Shown: in pieces, positions 50,792 through 61,715 of the stretch
Numbering within the stretch: the stretch's first letter is position 1
Layout of the letters: the number at the start of each line of letters is the position of its first letter
Source: a bacterium
GTDB lineage: Bacteria; Margulisbacteria; WOR-1; O2-12-FULL-45-9; XYB2-FULL-48-7
Length of the DNA stretch: 64,000 bases
Direction of reading: 5' to 3'
NCBI GenBank assembly: GCA_043812655.1
Contig: JBDRLW010000003.1
Location: forward strand, 47,580-111,579
The notes under the pieces: generated by a model
Told to the model about the DNA's origin: nothing
The model's input: only the letters and a program-made list of their open reading frames with translations
The model's database searches: none
Translations under genes and position numbers: made by a program

Positions 50792-51706
50792 ATGAAAAAG
50801 AATATCTTTATTACTGGCGCCTCTGGTTGTGTCGGTCACTACCTGTTTGACGCTTTAGTCAATAACCCGGAATATAACCTTCACCTGCTGGTCAGGGACC
50901 CGCGCAAATTAAAGTATGATCCGACCGCCTTTGCCAACGTCAAAGTCGTCCAGGATGATCTTAGAAACATTGAACGCCTAACCCCGATCTTGAAAGAAAT
51001 GGACTATGTGATCCATGTTGCTGCCGGTTGGGGTGGTGAAAAAGAAAATTATGATTGGACGATCAACCTCTTCAACTCACTCGACCCGGCACGTTGCCAG
51101 AAAGTAATCTATTTTTCTACGGCCAGCATCCTGGGGCCGGACGGCCAACCAACAGCAGTAGCTGGAACAAACGGTACCCATTATATCCGCAGCAAATATG
51201 AACTGCATAAGATCCTCCCCAGTTTAAAGATCTACCCTAAAGTCACGACAATTTTACCTACTTGGGTTTTGGGCGGCGATGACCGGCATCCCTACTCTCA
51301 CGCCTCTCAAGGGATAATTGACCTAAAAAAATGGCTCCCATTGATCTGCTGGTTTACCGTCGACGCCTCATTCCATTACATCCATGCGAGAGACCTGGCT
51401 TTGATAAGCGGCTATTTATTGGAGCATGAAGTTAAAGAAAAAGAATTGATCGTCGGCAACGCGCCAACAACCGCCAGCCAGTTCTTGCGGGATGTCTGCG
51501 CCCATTATCAGGTCCCGGTATATTTTCAGTTGCCGATCTCACTCCCACTAATTAAGGGCTTAGCCCAGGCAACAGGACATAAACTTGCGCCTTGGGATCT
51601 TTATTGTTTTGAACAGCGCCATTTTGTTTTTAAAACTGTCAACGCGGCTACTTTTGGCTTGCCGGAGGACCTTAGCACGATCGGCCAGATATTAGGGTTG
51701 CTCTAA
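50792..51706 (+). CDS. NAD-dependent epimerase/dehydratase family protein
   Basis: ITGASGCVG, FSTAS, YIRSK motifs. Confidence 0.8.
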   Translation: MKKNIFITGASGCVGHYLFDALVNNPEYNLHLLVRDPRKLKYDPTAFANVKVVQDDLRNIERLTPILKEMDYVIHVAAGWGGEKENYDWTINLFNSLDPARCQKVIYFSTASILGPDGQPTAVAGTNGTHYIRSKYELHKILPSLKIYPKVTTILPTWVLGGDDRHPYSHASQGIIDLKKWLPLICWFTVDASFHYIHARDLALISGYLLEHEVKEKELIVGNAPTTASQFLRDVCAHYQVPVYFQLPISLPLIKGLAQATGHKLAPWDLYCFEQRHFVFKTVNAATFGLPEDLSTIGQILGLL

Positions 51707-51708
51707 CT

Positions 51709-52863
51709 ATGGCGCGACTAAATATCCTGATCATCACCAAATGGTATCCATCAGAAGTCCATCCCAAATCCGGAGTGTTCGTTGAGGAACTTGCTAAAGC
51801 GCTCAGCGCGCGACATAATGTCACCGTCTTATTTGCCTATCCCTCACCCCGTCCGCTTAAGGGCTTTTTTGGAGTGCAGACAGAAGAAACCCCCGGCTTG
51901 AAAATAGTGCGGGTAAAATATTGGAATCTTCTCCCCCTACCGGGCATACTGGAAACATTCTTGTTTAACTGGTGGATCAAAAGAATATATAAAAAAGTTC
52001 TGGCTCCAGCCTACCACCCAGATATCATTAACGCCCATGTTTACCGCTCCGCCACCTCCGCCCTAGCGATCGGTAAACTAACTAAAGCGCCTGTAATCCT
52101 CTCCGAACATTCATTGGAACTGCTTGACCAAAAAGAACTGACCCCGGAATTTAAGCTGTTTGCCCGGCACTATCTGCCAAAGTTTTTCCAAATTCTCCCG
52201 GTCAGTACTGCCTTAAAAAATGAATTGGCAAGATTCGCCCCCCAAGTTAAAATGACGGTTGTGCCTAATGTCGTTGACACCAACATTTTCTATCCTGCTC
52301 CAGCGCAAAACAAAACAACAGCGCCACTAAAGAGAATCTTAACCGTCTCCCTATTAATGCCGGTCAAAGGCATAACAGAGCTATTAACAGCGGTCAACAG
52401 GCTCAAACGTAAGCGGCAGGATTTTGTCCTGGACATTGTTGGTGATGGCATTGGCCGCAAATCTTTGGAGACTATCGTGACCGAACATCAACTGGAGCGT
52501 TTTGTTAAATTTCATGGATTAAAGTCTAAACAAGAGATCGCTACGTTCATGCGCGAGTGCGCATTTTTTACCCTGCCAAGTTGGATGGTAACGTTTGGCG
52601 TGGTTTTTATTGAAGCGATGGCTTGCGGCAAACCGATCGTCGCGACCAACGTAGGCAATATTCCTGATCTAGTCAATGAAGAGAGAGGAAGATTGGTCCC
52701 GCCACGTGATCCTGTCGCTCTTGAAGGGGCGTTGAGCTGGATGCTAGATAACTATACTGCTTATCCCTCAACCAAGATCGCCCAATTTGCCCGCGACCAC
52801 TTTAGCTATCCGGCGGTTGCGGCCAAGCTGGATCAAATATTTCAAGAGGTGTTACAGCAATGA
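51709..52863 (+). CDS. Glycosyltransferase family 4
   Basis: VVPNVVD, FGVVFIEAMACGKPIV motifs. Confidence 0.88.
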   Translation: MARLNILIITKWYPSEVHPKSGVFVEELAKALSARHNVTVLFAYPSPRPLKGFFGVQTEETPGLKIVRVKYWNLLPLPGILETFLFNWWIKRIYKKVLAPAYHPDIINAHVYRSATSALAIGKLTKAPVILSEHSLELLDQKELTPEFKLFARHYLPKFFQILPVSTALKNELARFAPQVKMTVVPNVVDTNIFYPAPAQNKTTAPLKRILTVSLLMPVKGITELLTAVNRLKRKRQDFVLDIVGDGIGRKSLETIVTEHQLERFVKFHGLKSKQEIATFMRECAFFTLPSWMVTFGVVFIEAMACGKPIVATNVGNIPDLVNEERGRLVPPRDPVALEGALSWMLDNYTAYPSTKIAQFARDHFSYPAVAAKLDQIFQEVLQQ

Positions 52864-53969
52864 TCACTTTTATTCCTCACCATGTGCCGCTTAAAAGCCA
52901 AGCAAATCAAGGATCATTTGTCCGGGTACGGAGCCTTGTCACTTTTGTAAACAGCCTCCCTGGCGGCAGTGTCTTTACCCCTTCCCGCGTCTGTTTTGAT
53001 TATATTTCTGGCCTACTGCTGATCCTGGCTAAGATCCGTTTTGCTAAAAACAAAATTATTCTTTTTAGTTATCCCAACTTTCCCTTCTTCGATCCTAACA
53101 TCATTAATTATTTCTTTTTTAATATTTTTATTAAACTGGTTAAACGTCTGGCCATGAATACAAATAAAAAGATTATCCTCGACGTTGATGATGTTCCCAG
53201 CATCAGTGAATCCTATCTTAGCAAATGGCCTCTCCCACCAAAATTACTGGCACGCCGCAAGGTCATGGAAAAACGGTTATTTGACATCGCGGATATCATC
53301 TGGGTGATCACTAAGAACCAGGCCAAGATCATGAGTGAACTCTACAGCCTGGATGAAAATAAATTTGTCGCCGCTCCCAACGGCAACTCTAGATCGAACA
53401 CCCAGCCTTCCCTGTCAGATAATGGCAAGATAAGATTTGTCTTTGCCGGAGCATTCTTTCTGACCGGGATCAAAGAAATGATCCTCTCTTTCAACAGATT
53501 AATAACTACCCAGCCAACAGAATTATATCTGCTTGGCCCATACGCCGGCTGGTTAAAGAAATTCCTGAAAGAGCTGAACGATCCGCGCATCCACTATCTG
53601 GGCAGTCTTAATTCCCAGGCTTGTGAAGCGGTCGTCAAATCGTGCCAGGTCGGCCTGCTCACTTATGACCCCAAGGAAAAATATTGGGCGATCGCCCATC
53701 CGGTTAAACTTTCGCTCTATATTACCTGCGGCCTGCCGATCATTTCCACTAATGTTAAAAATATTGCCGATCTTATCACCGAATCACAGATTGGTTTGGT
53801 CAGCCCAACTTACAACATGACTGACACGATGGAGCAATTGGTAAAAAACACTGAAATGCGCCTGCAAATGGCCGCGAATTGCGCTAAAATAAAAGAGGAT
53901 TATTATTTTGACACCATATATAATAAGGCTCTGGAGCTAAGCTTGGCAAAACTGGGGATGAGGAGGTAA
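52860..53969 (+). CDS. Glycosyltransferase (GT-B, family 4-like)
   Basis: PNG, PVKLSLYITCGLPII pattern. Confidence 0.7.
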   Translation: MITFIPHHVPLKSQANQGSFVRVRSLVTFVNSLPGGSVFTPSRVCFDYISGLLLILAKIRFAKNKIILFSYPNFPFFDPNIINYFFFNIFIKLVKRLAMNTNKKIILDVDDVPSISESYLSKWPLPPKLLARRKVMEKRLFDIADIIWVITKNQAKIMSELYSLDENKFVAAPNGNSRSNTQPSLSDNGKIRFVFAGAFFLTGIKEMILSFNRLITTQPTELYLLGPYAGWLKKFLKELNDPRIHYLGSLNSQACEAVVKSCQVGLLTYDPKEKYWAIAHPVKLSLYITCGLPIISTNVKNIADLITESQIGLVSPTYNMTDTMEQLVKNTEMRLQMAANCAKIKEDYYFDTIYNKALELSLAKLGMRR

Positions 53970-53971
53970 CC

Positions 53972-54748
53972 ATGGATCGGCAAGTGCTTGAGCAGAAAAA
54001 AGCGGAACTGATAAAGAAATACGGGCCTTGGACCGGCCACAATATTAAATTGCCTGGCAATATCTTCACCATTGGCGAAAAGAGGACTGGTGACGAGATC
54101 AAGCTAAAACGCAACCTCCAGATCATCTCTGACATCACGCAAAAACCATTCAACCAATTACGGGTTTTGGACTTAGCCTGCCTGGAAGGACTCTACTCCG
54201 TGGAAATAGCAAAACTCGGGGCCAAAGTCGTAGGGATCGAAGGACGGGAAGCGAACATTGAAAAAGCCAAGTTTGCTAAAGAAGCTCTTGGCTTGGCCAA
54301 TCTTGATTTTTTCCTTGATGATGTCCGCAATCTAAGCCAAAGCAAATATGGCTCTTTTGATGTCGTACTATGTTTGGGCATTCTCTACCACCTTGACGAG
54401 CCGGATGTTTTTCGTTTTATGGAAAAGATCTCCGAGGTCTGTACCGGCCTGGTTATTATCGACACCCACATCAGTCTTTCTAACAGGAAAACGGTTAGTT
54501 TCAATGGGCAAAAATATCAGGGGAAATATTTCCGGGAACACAATCCCTGGACTAGCCTGGAAAAGAGAAAAAAAGCCCTCTGGGCCTCGCTGGATAATGT
54601 CAAGAGTTTCTGGCCGACACGGGAATCATTGGTCAACCTCTTAGCTGCCGTCGGTTTTACTTCCGTTTATAGTTCGCTCTATCCGCCCGATGCCAAAGAG
54701 CCACGTGATCGAGCCACTTTTGTCGCGCTCAAGGGGAAAAAATCATGA
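53972..54748 (+). CDS. Class I SAM-dependent methyltransferase
   Basis: VLDLACLEG, GIEGR, FDVVLCLGILYH motifs. Confidence 0.85.
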   Translation: MDRQVLEQKKAELIKKYGPWTGHNIKLPGNIFTIGEKRTGDEIKLKRNLQIISDITQKPFNQLRVLDLACLEGLYSVEIAKLGAKVVGIEGREANIEKAKFAKEALGLANLDFFLDDVRNLSQSKYGSFDVVLCLGILYHLDEPDVFRFMEKISEVCTGLVIIDTHISLSNRKTVSFNGQKYQGKYFREHNPWTSLEKRKKALWASLDNVKSFWPTRESLVNLLAAVGFTSVYSSLYPPDAKEPRDRATFVALKGKKS

Positions 54749-55746
54749 AAACAATTACGCTAGGAATAATCGGCTTTGGTTACTGGGGCCCTAATTTGGC
54801 TAGAAACTTTTTTGCCCTTGATGAATGTAAGGTAAAGTATATTGTTGATCTTTCTCCTGCCAGGTTAGCCACGGCAAAAAAATGCTATCCATCGGTAATT
54901 ACTACTGATAATCTGGAATCGGTCCTGGATGATCTTGAGGTTGACGCGGTTGTTATTGCCTCGCCTGTCGCCACCCATTTCCAGTTCGCTAAAAAAGCCC
55001 TAGCCAAAGGCAAGCATGTCCTCTTGGAAAAACCGATGACCCGCCTCGTTTCAGAGGCCGAAGAGCTTATCGAACTCGCCAAAAAACAAAGCCGCATCCT
55101 GATGGTCGACCACACCTTTTTGTACACTGGCGCGGTCAAAAAAATCAGGGAAATGATCGATAAGGATCAGATTGGCAAAGTCCAATATTTTGATTCTACC
55201 AGGATCAACCTGGGGCTCTTTCAACACGATATAAATGTTATCGGTGATCTGGCGCCGCATGATCTATCTATCTTAAGTTATCTGGTGGATGAAGTCCCTA
55301 TCAGTGTCATTGCGACAGGTGTTTCCCATACCGATAATAAAGTGGAAAATATTGCTTACCTGACCTTGAACTACAAAAGCGCCATGATCGCCCATTTCAC
55401 CCTCTCTTGGTCCTCCCCTGTCAAGATCAGGAAAACATTGATCGGCGGGACTAAAAAGATGGTCGTTTACGATGACCTGGAACCGACCGAGAAGGTCCGC
55501 GTCTATGACACCGGCTTTAAACCGAGCGAGAGTCAAAAACTACTGATCGATTATCGCGTCGGTGATATTTATATCCCTAAGATCGAACAGACCGAGGCTC
55601 TCTGCGAATTAGCCAAGGACTTTATGGCAGCAATAACCACAGGAAAAGCACCACTTTCCGATGCTAAGAAGGGGCTAGAGGTAGTCCGTATTCTAGAAGC
55701 AGCAGAAAGATCGATCAAGAATCATGGACAAGAGGTTAAACTATAA
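54745..55746 (+). CDS. Gfo/Idh/MocA oxidoreductase (nucleotide-sugar 3-dehydrogenase-like)
   Basis: [21 protein letters not shown] motifs. Confidence 0.88.
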   Translation: MKTITLGIIGFGYWGPNLARNFFALDECKVKYIVDLSPARLATAKKCYPSVITTDNLESVLDDLEVDAVVIASPVATHFQFAKKALAKGKHVLLEKPMTRLVSEAEELIELAKKQSRILMVDHTFLYTGAVKKIREMIDKDQIGKVQYFDSTRINLGLFQHDINVIGDLAPHDLSILSYLVDEVPISVIATGVSHTDNKVENIAYLTLNYKSAMIAHFTLSWSSPVKIRKTLIGGTKKMVVYDDLEPTEKVRVYDTGFKPSESQKLLIDYRVGDIYIPKIEQTEALCELAKDFMAAITTGKAPLSDAKKGLEVVRILEAAERSIKNHGQEVKL

Positions 55747-56243
55747 TGAAAGAGCTCAATATTGATGACGCCAAGCAATCCTTAAAAAATGTAATGGTCG
55801 GGGAAAATGTTAAGATCTTTAACTTTGTTAACGCTTATGGCTGTTCCATTGGCGACGGGAGCAAGATCGGTTCGTTCGTCGAGATCCAAAAGAACGCGCG
55901 CATCGGCAAGAACTGCAAAATTTCCAGCCACACATTTATCTGCGAAGGAGTAGAGATTGCCGATGGGGTTTTTGTGGGGCACAATGTTTCCTTCATCAAT
56001 GATAAATATCCCAAAGCCGTCAATCCAGACGGCACTTTGCAAAATGATACCGACTGGCAAGTGGTTAAAACAGAAGTTGGTAAAGGCGTCTCGATCGGGA
56101 CAAGTGCCACCATCCTTTGCGGCATAAAAATCGGGGCCAACGCCATCGTTGGGGCTGGCTCAGTTGTCACCAAAGATGTTCCGGCTGGAGCAGTCGTCGC
56201 CGGCAACCCCGCTCGACCGATCAAATCGGGAGTGAAAAAGTGA
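55746..56243 (+). CDS. Hexapeptide-repeat N-acetyltransferase
   Basis: Left-handed beta-helix repeats, [18 protein letters not shown]. Confidence 0.9.
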   Translation: MKELNIDDAKQSLKNVMVGENVKIFNFVNAYGCSIGDGSKIGSFVEIQKNARIGKNCKISSHTFICEGVEIADGVFVGHNVSFINDKYPKAVNPDGTLQNDTDWQVVKTEVGKGVSIGTSATILCGIKIGANAIVGAGSVVTKDVPAGAVVAGNPARPIKSGVKK

Positions 56244-57334
56244 ACGTCCCTTTTCATGACTTAAAAAAACAACATGGTTTATTAAAAAACGAGATCGATC
56301 AGGCGATCTCGCAAGTTTGCAATGAAACCGCTTTTTCTGGGGGCCATTATGTTGAGCTGTTTGAGGCTGACTTTGCCAAACACTATTCTTTTACCGCGGT
56401 AGCCGGCGTTAACAGCGGAACTTCGGCCCTTCACCTCGCCCTGCTCGCCCTAAATATCAAAGCAGGAGATGAGGTGATCGTCCCAACCAGTACCTTTATC
56501 GCTACCGCCTGGGCAGCTGCCTACGTCAACGCTACTCCCGTCTTTGTCGATTGCCTGGAAAATACCTGGCAGATCGATGTTAATGACGTTAAAAGCAAAC
56601 TTACGCCCAAAACAAAAGCGATCATCGGCGTTCATCTATATGGGCAACCTTTTGACCTGGAACCTCTGCAGCAGCTTGCTAAAGAACACAACATTCCTTT
56701 AATCGAAGATTGCGCCCAAGCTCACGGAGCTCGCTATAAGGAGAAATATGTCGGCGGCTTTGGGGAAATGGGGTGCTTTAGCTTTTATCCAGGAAAAAAT
56801 CTCGGCGCTTACGGCGAAGGCGGCGCAGTTGTCTCGAACAAAGCTAATTACATTGAACGGATCAAGAAATTACGTAGCCATGGCTCCAGCGAACGCTACC
56901 ACCATGATGAGATCGGCTTTAATATGCGGCTGGACGGGATCCAAGCGGCGATCCTGTCCGTTAAACTCAAATACATCGATAGCTGGAATAGAAGGCGACA
57001 AGAAATTGCCAAACAATATCAAGCTGGGATCAAGAATTCGCAGGTCAAACTTCAAAACCAACCCGAATGGGCTGAATCAGTTTATCATCTCTTCGTCGTT
57101 ACCACTGAAGATCGATCGGCTTTCATCGAGGATTTGAAAAAAGCGGGTGTGGCTACCGCTCTTCATTATCCTATCCCCTGCCATTTACAAAAAGCGTTTG
57201 CCCATCTCGGCTATCAAAAAGGCTCTTTCCCTAAAGCCGAGTATTTGGCACAGCACTGTGTCTCCCTGCCGATGTATCCGGAATTGACTGATGAAGAAGT
57301 TAGCTGGGTGATCGAAACAATAAACAAGTATTAA
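56240..57334 (+). CDS. DegT/DnrJ/EryC1/StrS sugar aminotransferase
   Basis: [31 protein letters not shown] motifs; GTG start at 56240. Confidence 0.92.
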   Translation: MNVPFHDLKKQHGLLKNEIDQAISQVCNETAFSGGHYVELFEADFAKHYSFTAVAGVNSGTSALHLALLALNIKAGDEVIVPTSTFIATAWAAAYVNATPVFVDCLENTWQIDVNDVKSKLTPKTKAIIGVHLYGQPFDLEPLQQLAKEHNIPLIEDCAQAHGARYKEKYVGGFGEMGCFSFYPGKNLGAYGEGGAVVSNKANYIERIKKLRSHGSSERYHHDEIGFNMRLDGIQAAILSVKLKYIDSWNRRRQEIAKQYQAGIKNSQVKLQNQPEWAESVYHLFVVTTEDRSAFIEDLKKAGVATALHYPIPCHLQKAFAHLGYQKGSFPKAEYLAQHCVSLPMYPELTDEEVSWVIETINKY

Positions 57335-58548
57335 AAAAGCGGAGTGATCCCTCCTAACCAAGAGACAACAGAATAAACCAGTGAGATCAGGAGCGAAACT
57401 ATCAGCGCAAAGTTAAACCATCCCCTCCACCCCCTTTTATTTTCCATGGCCGCATAATATTTAGCTATATACGGTAAACAGAGCGGCATAAAAATAATGA
57501 ACCAACGGACAACATAATCCCCACCAGCCAGATTATTTGAGGATAAAGCATAATATAAAAACAGGAGCAGTATCCCGATCAACAACGAAATTGCCCCTGT
57601 TTTCCCCGCTTTCGCTTCCCGAACCATCTGAATAAAAGCAAAAAATAAAATAGGAGCGGTAAGAAAAAGCCCTTTAGAGAGATAACCAAACGGAAAAATA
57701 AAAAGCAGGGCTAACATATAACCAAGCAGAGAGAGCGGATCGCTGAATTTAAGATTCCCGGAACCTGAACCATTGGCAAAGGAGCTTCCAGGATAATTAA
57801 AGTATTCGCTATGCGCGTTCAAAGGGATAAAACTCCCGCTCATTTGATAAACGATCAGCAAATGAATAGCAACTGGCAACAGCGCTCCCACTCCTAATAA
57901 AACAAGGTCTCGCCATCTTTTCTTCAGCAATAAGTAAAGAATAAAAGAACCAAAAATAAAAACCGCCCCATGGTCATAGGTGATCGCCAAGCCTGATAAC
58001 AATCCAGCTAGAAGCGGAAAATATAATAGTTCTTTCTTTCTAATAAAGTAATAAGCGATATAAAGAAGAGATCCGACCAGCGCATGGCTCATTAAGACCC
58101 GATTAAAGACATAATATGGCGTCGCAAAGATCAACCCCAGCAACAGCCACTGCAAATTTGGTAAGCTAGAGGCATATTCTTTATAGAAGAGCGCCATCGC
58201 CAGGGCAAAGAACGTCCCCATAATTAAAATGATCGCCAGCTTGTAGAGATATTTATTATCCAGCGGTATGCCCAATAATTTAGCGCCATAAAAAATCGGG
58301 GTAAAAGTCAGCGCGAACATGGGCGGTTTGTCGGAGTAAAAATGGCCACCAATCAGAATTTTATCCATCGTATCGGTGCTTTTCAGCTCATTATCGATCA
58401 CCAGCTTCTCTCCTTTGGCGATAGAAATAATGCTTAAATAGCGGGAAAGGTCGTTAGGGCCGATCGGTGAAAGCGTAGAAAATAGAGTGATCGCCATAAA
58501 ACAGATTAGAAAAATATGCTTATAGTTTAGTTGTAGAGATTTCCCCAT
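57331..58548 (-). CDS. Polytopic membrane protein, possible GT-C glycosyltransferase
   Basis: About 10 TM helices; GHFYSDKPP loop. Confidence 0.55.
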   Translation of the reverse strand: MGKSLQLNYKHIFLICFMAITLFSTLSPIGPNDLSRYLSIISIAKGEKLVIDNELKSTDTMDKILIGGHFYSDKPPMFALTFTPIFYGAKLLGIPLDNKYLYKLAIILIMGTFFALAMALFYKEYASSLPNLQWLLLGLIFATPYYVFNRVLMSHALVGSLLYIAYYFIRKKELLYFPLLAGLLSGLAITYDHGAVFIFGSFILYLLLKKRWRDLVLLGVGALLPVAIHLLIVYQMSGSFIPLNAHSEYFNYPGSSFANGSGSGNLKFSDPLSLLGYMLALLFIFPFGYLSKGLFLTAPILFFAFIQMVREAKAGKTGAISLLIGILLLFLYYALSSNNLAGGDYVVRWFIIFMPLCLPYIAKYYAAMENKRGWRGWFNFALIVSLLISLVYSVVSWLGGITPLF

Positions 58549-58554
58549 TATTAA

Positions 58555-59361
58555 TTACCTGTAGCGATAAGCATTCAACCACCGTTTAAAAAGTGACCCC
58601 TGGTTTTTGATCTCAAATTCATGGAAAGAGCCGTCAAACTTCCTGGCCAACTTGTACCCCGGCAGTATTTCCATAAAACAATCATCATCACCTTCAAATC
58701 CTTTATAGCTTTCGGAAAACCCGGTGATAATATGCTGTGCTTTCTTTTTTCTCATCTGGGAAACTGACCGCAACGAATAATGCTTATAATTAGGAAAATA
58801 CTTATAGATCTGCCAACCAATCCCCTTGGGCAAGACATCGTGCCGCTGTCCCAGCTCATAGTAGATCCCAGGCTTGTTCCTGAATGACCGGATCTCAATA
58901 TAACCCGGACAATACCATAAGACCCGCTCTTGAACCGATCTTATTGACTCGAGGTTACGTAACTTATCGGCAGGGTGAAGAAAAAAATTCATCGTATACC
59001 AATTAACCTTCTCGGCCCTGGCTTTTTCCGCTTCGTTGGCAACCCAATTTGGATCATCGTGAAAGATCTCGTCCCCGTGTAGCAGAGTAAACCACCCCTC
59101 AACAGGGAACATCTCCTGCGCTTTAGCTAAGAGAAATTGCCGCGCCCCATCATCAAATTTCCGGTTCGGTAATTTATCAAGAATTTCCTTATCTTTAAGA
59201 AAGTATTTTACCTGGGGATAGGACCGAACAATCTCCTCTGTCCCATCGGTCGAACCGTCTAAAACCAGGATCTTGTCAAAATACTTGATATGCTCATTCA
59301 TTACTTCAGCAATACAGTCCTCTTCATTGCAAGTCAGCATCAAGCCAATGTTTTGCACCAT
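58555..59361 (-). CDS. Glycosyltransferase family 2-like
   Basis: NEED, VLDGSTDGT, LHGDE motifs. Confidence 0.7.
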   Translation of the reverse strand: MVQNIGLMLTCNEEDCIAEVMNEHIKYFDKILVLDGSTDGTEEIVRSYPQVKYFLKDKEILDKLPNRKFDDGARQFLLAKAQEMFPVEGWFTLLHGDEIFHDDPNWVANEAEKARAEKVNWYTMNFFLHPADKLRNLESIRSVQERVLWYCPGYIEIRSFRNKPGIYYELGQRHDVLPKGIGWQIYKYFPNYKHYSLRSVSQMRKKKAQHIITGFSESYKGFEGDDDCFMEILPGYKLARKFDGSFHEFEIKNQGSLFKRWLNAYRYR

Positions 59362-60311
59362 TATTTTTGTCCTCTCCAAAGACTTTCCCAAGCAATGCTG
59401 GCAATAAGCCAAGCATTCTCCCAGGCTCCAACTCGAACCCGATCTATTATATAGGTAAGGATGCTTATATAAACGGTCGGCAAAGCATAAGGAAAATATT
59501 TCCTGGTAAATAGCAAGCGATTTTTTGTTATATAACGATCAAAAACCAGGCTGAAGCGTTTTTCTTTTTTTCCGTTTTGATCATCTTGGCGCTTAGTACT
59601 TTCAGATATTTTATGATAAACAATACTTTCTGGCGCCAAAGCTAAAGAATATTTGCCACAGGCGCGAGTTGCCCAGTCGATCTCTTCAAAATACAAAAAA
59701 TAATCTTCACTCAGCAAGCCGATGTCTCGCAAAAAATCGCGAGAAACCAGCATCGCCGCCCCAACAATATAATCGATCTTTTTTTCCAGTTTTCTATATT
59801 GCTCGATCTTGCCTGGATCATATGGCTTATTGGCTTCCAGTTGATATCCTTGCGCCTGCCAACGGTCATAAACCTCACCCAGCGAGGCGATCGTTCCTCG
59901 ATCGTGGTATTTGAGGACCGCGGAGCCGCAAATCCCCGCCCCCGGTTTTTCCCGCATCCTACGGACCAAATACCTTAAAGCATCCGGCTCGACAACCGTA
60001 TCATTGTTAAGCAGCCAGGCATAACCAAAGTCATTACGATCTAAGGCGTAACGCAAACCGACATTATTGCCGGCCGCGAAACCTAGATTCTCTTTGGCTT
60101 CCAGTAGGACGCACGAATTCTTGCCAGCGATCCAAGCTTTGATCCTAGTAACGGAATCATCCGTTGACCCATTATCAACAATAATAATCTGAAAATTAGG
60201 ATAGTTTAACTTTAGTAGTGATGCAAGACATTCAATGGTATCCTGCCATCCGTTCCAATTGAGGACAATTATATAAACTTTGGAACCGTGACTGTTTATT
60301 TCATTTACCAT
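59361..60311 (-). CDS. Glycosyltransferase family 2
   Basis: VLNWNG, VDNGSTDDS, NLGFAAGNN, LLNNDT, YFEEIDW motifs. Confidence 0.9.
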   Translation of the reverse strand: MVNEINSHGSKVYIIVLNWNGWQDTIECLASLLKLNYPNFQIIIVDNGSTDDSVTRIKAWIAGKNSCVLLEAKENLGFAAGNNVGLRYALDRNDFGYAWLLNNDTVVEPDALRYLVRRMREKPGAGICGSAVLKYHDRGTIASLGEVYDRWQAQGYQLEANKPYDPGKIEQYRKLEKKIDYIVGAAMLVSRDFLRDIGLLSEDYFLYFEEIDWATRACGKYSLALAPESIVYHKISESTKRQDDQNGKKEKRFSLVFDRYITKNRLLFTRKYFPYALPTVYISILTYIIDRVRVGAWENAWLIASIAWESLWRGQK

Positions 60312-60334
60312 ATAAATACAACATTATCGCTTTA

Positions 60335-61300
60335 TTAATATTTTGGGCGGTGGCTATCTCTGCCTAATATTGCATCTACAACACCAGTTACGATGATCCA
60401 GATACCTCCCCAGGCACCATATAAGGCATGATCAAGACAATATCCCAAAACACTTAAAAAAACTATTGGCAAGGCGTACGGATAATATTTATAAGTAAAC
60501 AACAGCCGGTTACGTGTATTATAGTAATCAAAAAGCGCGCCAAACCGCTTATGACTTTTAATTTTGTTTTCCTTTTCCTTTTTCTTAACGCTGGCTCCAC
60601 CCTTATGATAAACCAAACTTTTCGGGGCAATTGCCAACGTGAATCGTTTGCGAGCCCGGACCGCCCAATCGACTTCTTCAAAAAACAGGAAATAATCTTC
60701 GTTCATCAAGCCAACTTCTTGTAAAAATTCCCGGGAAACCAGGGTTGAAGCCCCTTCAATATAACCCAGCTTTTTCTCTTGCTTCAGATATTGGTTAGTT
60801 TTATTTGGATCATACGTCTTACCCGACCCTGGGTGGACGGCTTGGCCAAGCCAACGGTCATACAAACCTCCTCCAACAGCCGCAACAATTGTTGGGTCAT
60901 TATAACTCAAAATAATAGAGCCACACATCCCTGCCTTAGGCTTTTCCTGCAAGCGTCTTACTTGCTGAGTCAACGCCTCAGGGTCAACAACCGTGTCATT
61001 ATTCAAAATCCAGACATAACCAAAGTCATTACGATCTAATGCGTAACGCAAACCAACATTGTTACCGGCCGCGTAACCTAAATTCGCTTTTGTTTCCAGC
61101 AAAACACAAGAATTCTTCCCGGCAATCCAGGCACTGATCTTGGCAATTGAGTCATCTGTTGATCCATTATCAACAATAATGACCTGAAAATTGTGATAAT
61201 TTAACTTTTGCAGTGATTCGAGGCACTCTAGGGTATCCTGCCAACCGTTCCAATTAAGAATAACGATATAGACTTTAGGATCATTCTTTATTAAATTCAT
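60335..61300 (-). CDS. Glycosyltransferase family 2, tandem paralog
   Basis: Same motifs; N-terminal half nearly identical to 59361-60311. Confidence 0.9.
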   Translation of the reverse strand: MNLIKNDPKVYIVILNWNGWQDTLECLESLQKLNYHNFQVIIVDNGSTDDSIAKISAWIAGKNSCVLLETKANLGYAAGNNVGLRYALDRNDFGYVWILNNDTVVDPEALTQQVRRLQEKPKAGMCGSIILSYNDPTIVAAVGGGLYDRWLGQAVHPGSGKTYDPNKTNQYLKQEKKLGYIEGASTLVSREFLQEVGLMNEDYFLFFEEVDWAVRARKRFTLAIAPKSLVYHKGGASVKKKEKENKIKSHKRFGALFDYYNTRNRLLFTYKYYPYALPIVFLSVLGYCLDHALYGAWGGIWIIVTGVVDAILGRDSHRPKY

Positions 61301-61401
61301 TGATATCTTCCCTTCCCTGTGGCGATAAACATACAAACATCTCATAAACAGCCATTTTGGCTGATCTTCGTCGATAATTATAACATAAATCGCCAAATAA
61401 C

Positions 61402-61430
61402 TTGTCAGCCGATAAAAGCTATGCTAAAAT
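61402..61430 (+). promoter_or_regulatory. Sigma70-type promoter for rpmE-prfA-prmC
   Basis: TTGTCA-N17-TAAAAT with a TG extension. Confidence 0.6.
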
Positions 61431-61439
61431 AGGTACGAT

Positions 61440-61712
61440 ATGAAAGAGAAGATCCACCCTAAATATTTCAAGACCACGGCGACTTGCGCTTGCGGCGCCA
61501 CGTTCGATATCGGCTCAACCAGGGAGAATATCCGGGTCGATATCTGTTCGGCTTGCCATCCCCTCTTTACCGGCAAGCAGAAATTGATCGACTCTGAAGG
61601 CCGCGTCCAGAAGTTCAAGAAAAAATATGCCGGCGTTACTGTTAAGCCGAAGGCCAAAAAAACAGTTAAAAAGAAACCTGCCCACAAAAAACCCGCCGCC
61701 AAAAAGAAGTAA
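61440..61712 (+). CDS. rpmE: 50S ribosomal protein L31 (zinc-binding type)
   Basis: [25 protein letters not shown] motifs. Confidence 0.95.
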   Translation: MKEKIHPKYFKTTATCACGATFDIGSTRENIRVDICSACHPLFTGKQKLIDSEGRVQKFKKKYAGVTVKPKAKKTVKKKPAHKKPAAKKK

Positions 61713-61715
61713 CCG

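Noticed and set aside
61408..61415. GCCGATAA sigma28 box upstream of rpmE
   Set aside because: It lies within the spacer of a good sigma70 promoter (TTGTCA-N17-TAAAAT) and has no correctly spaced -35 element.
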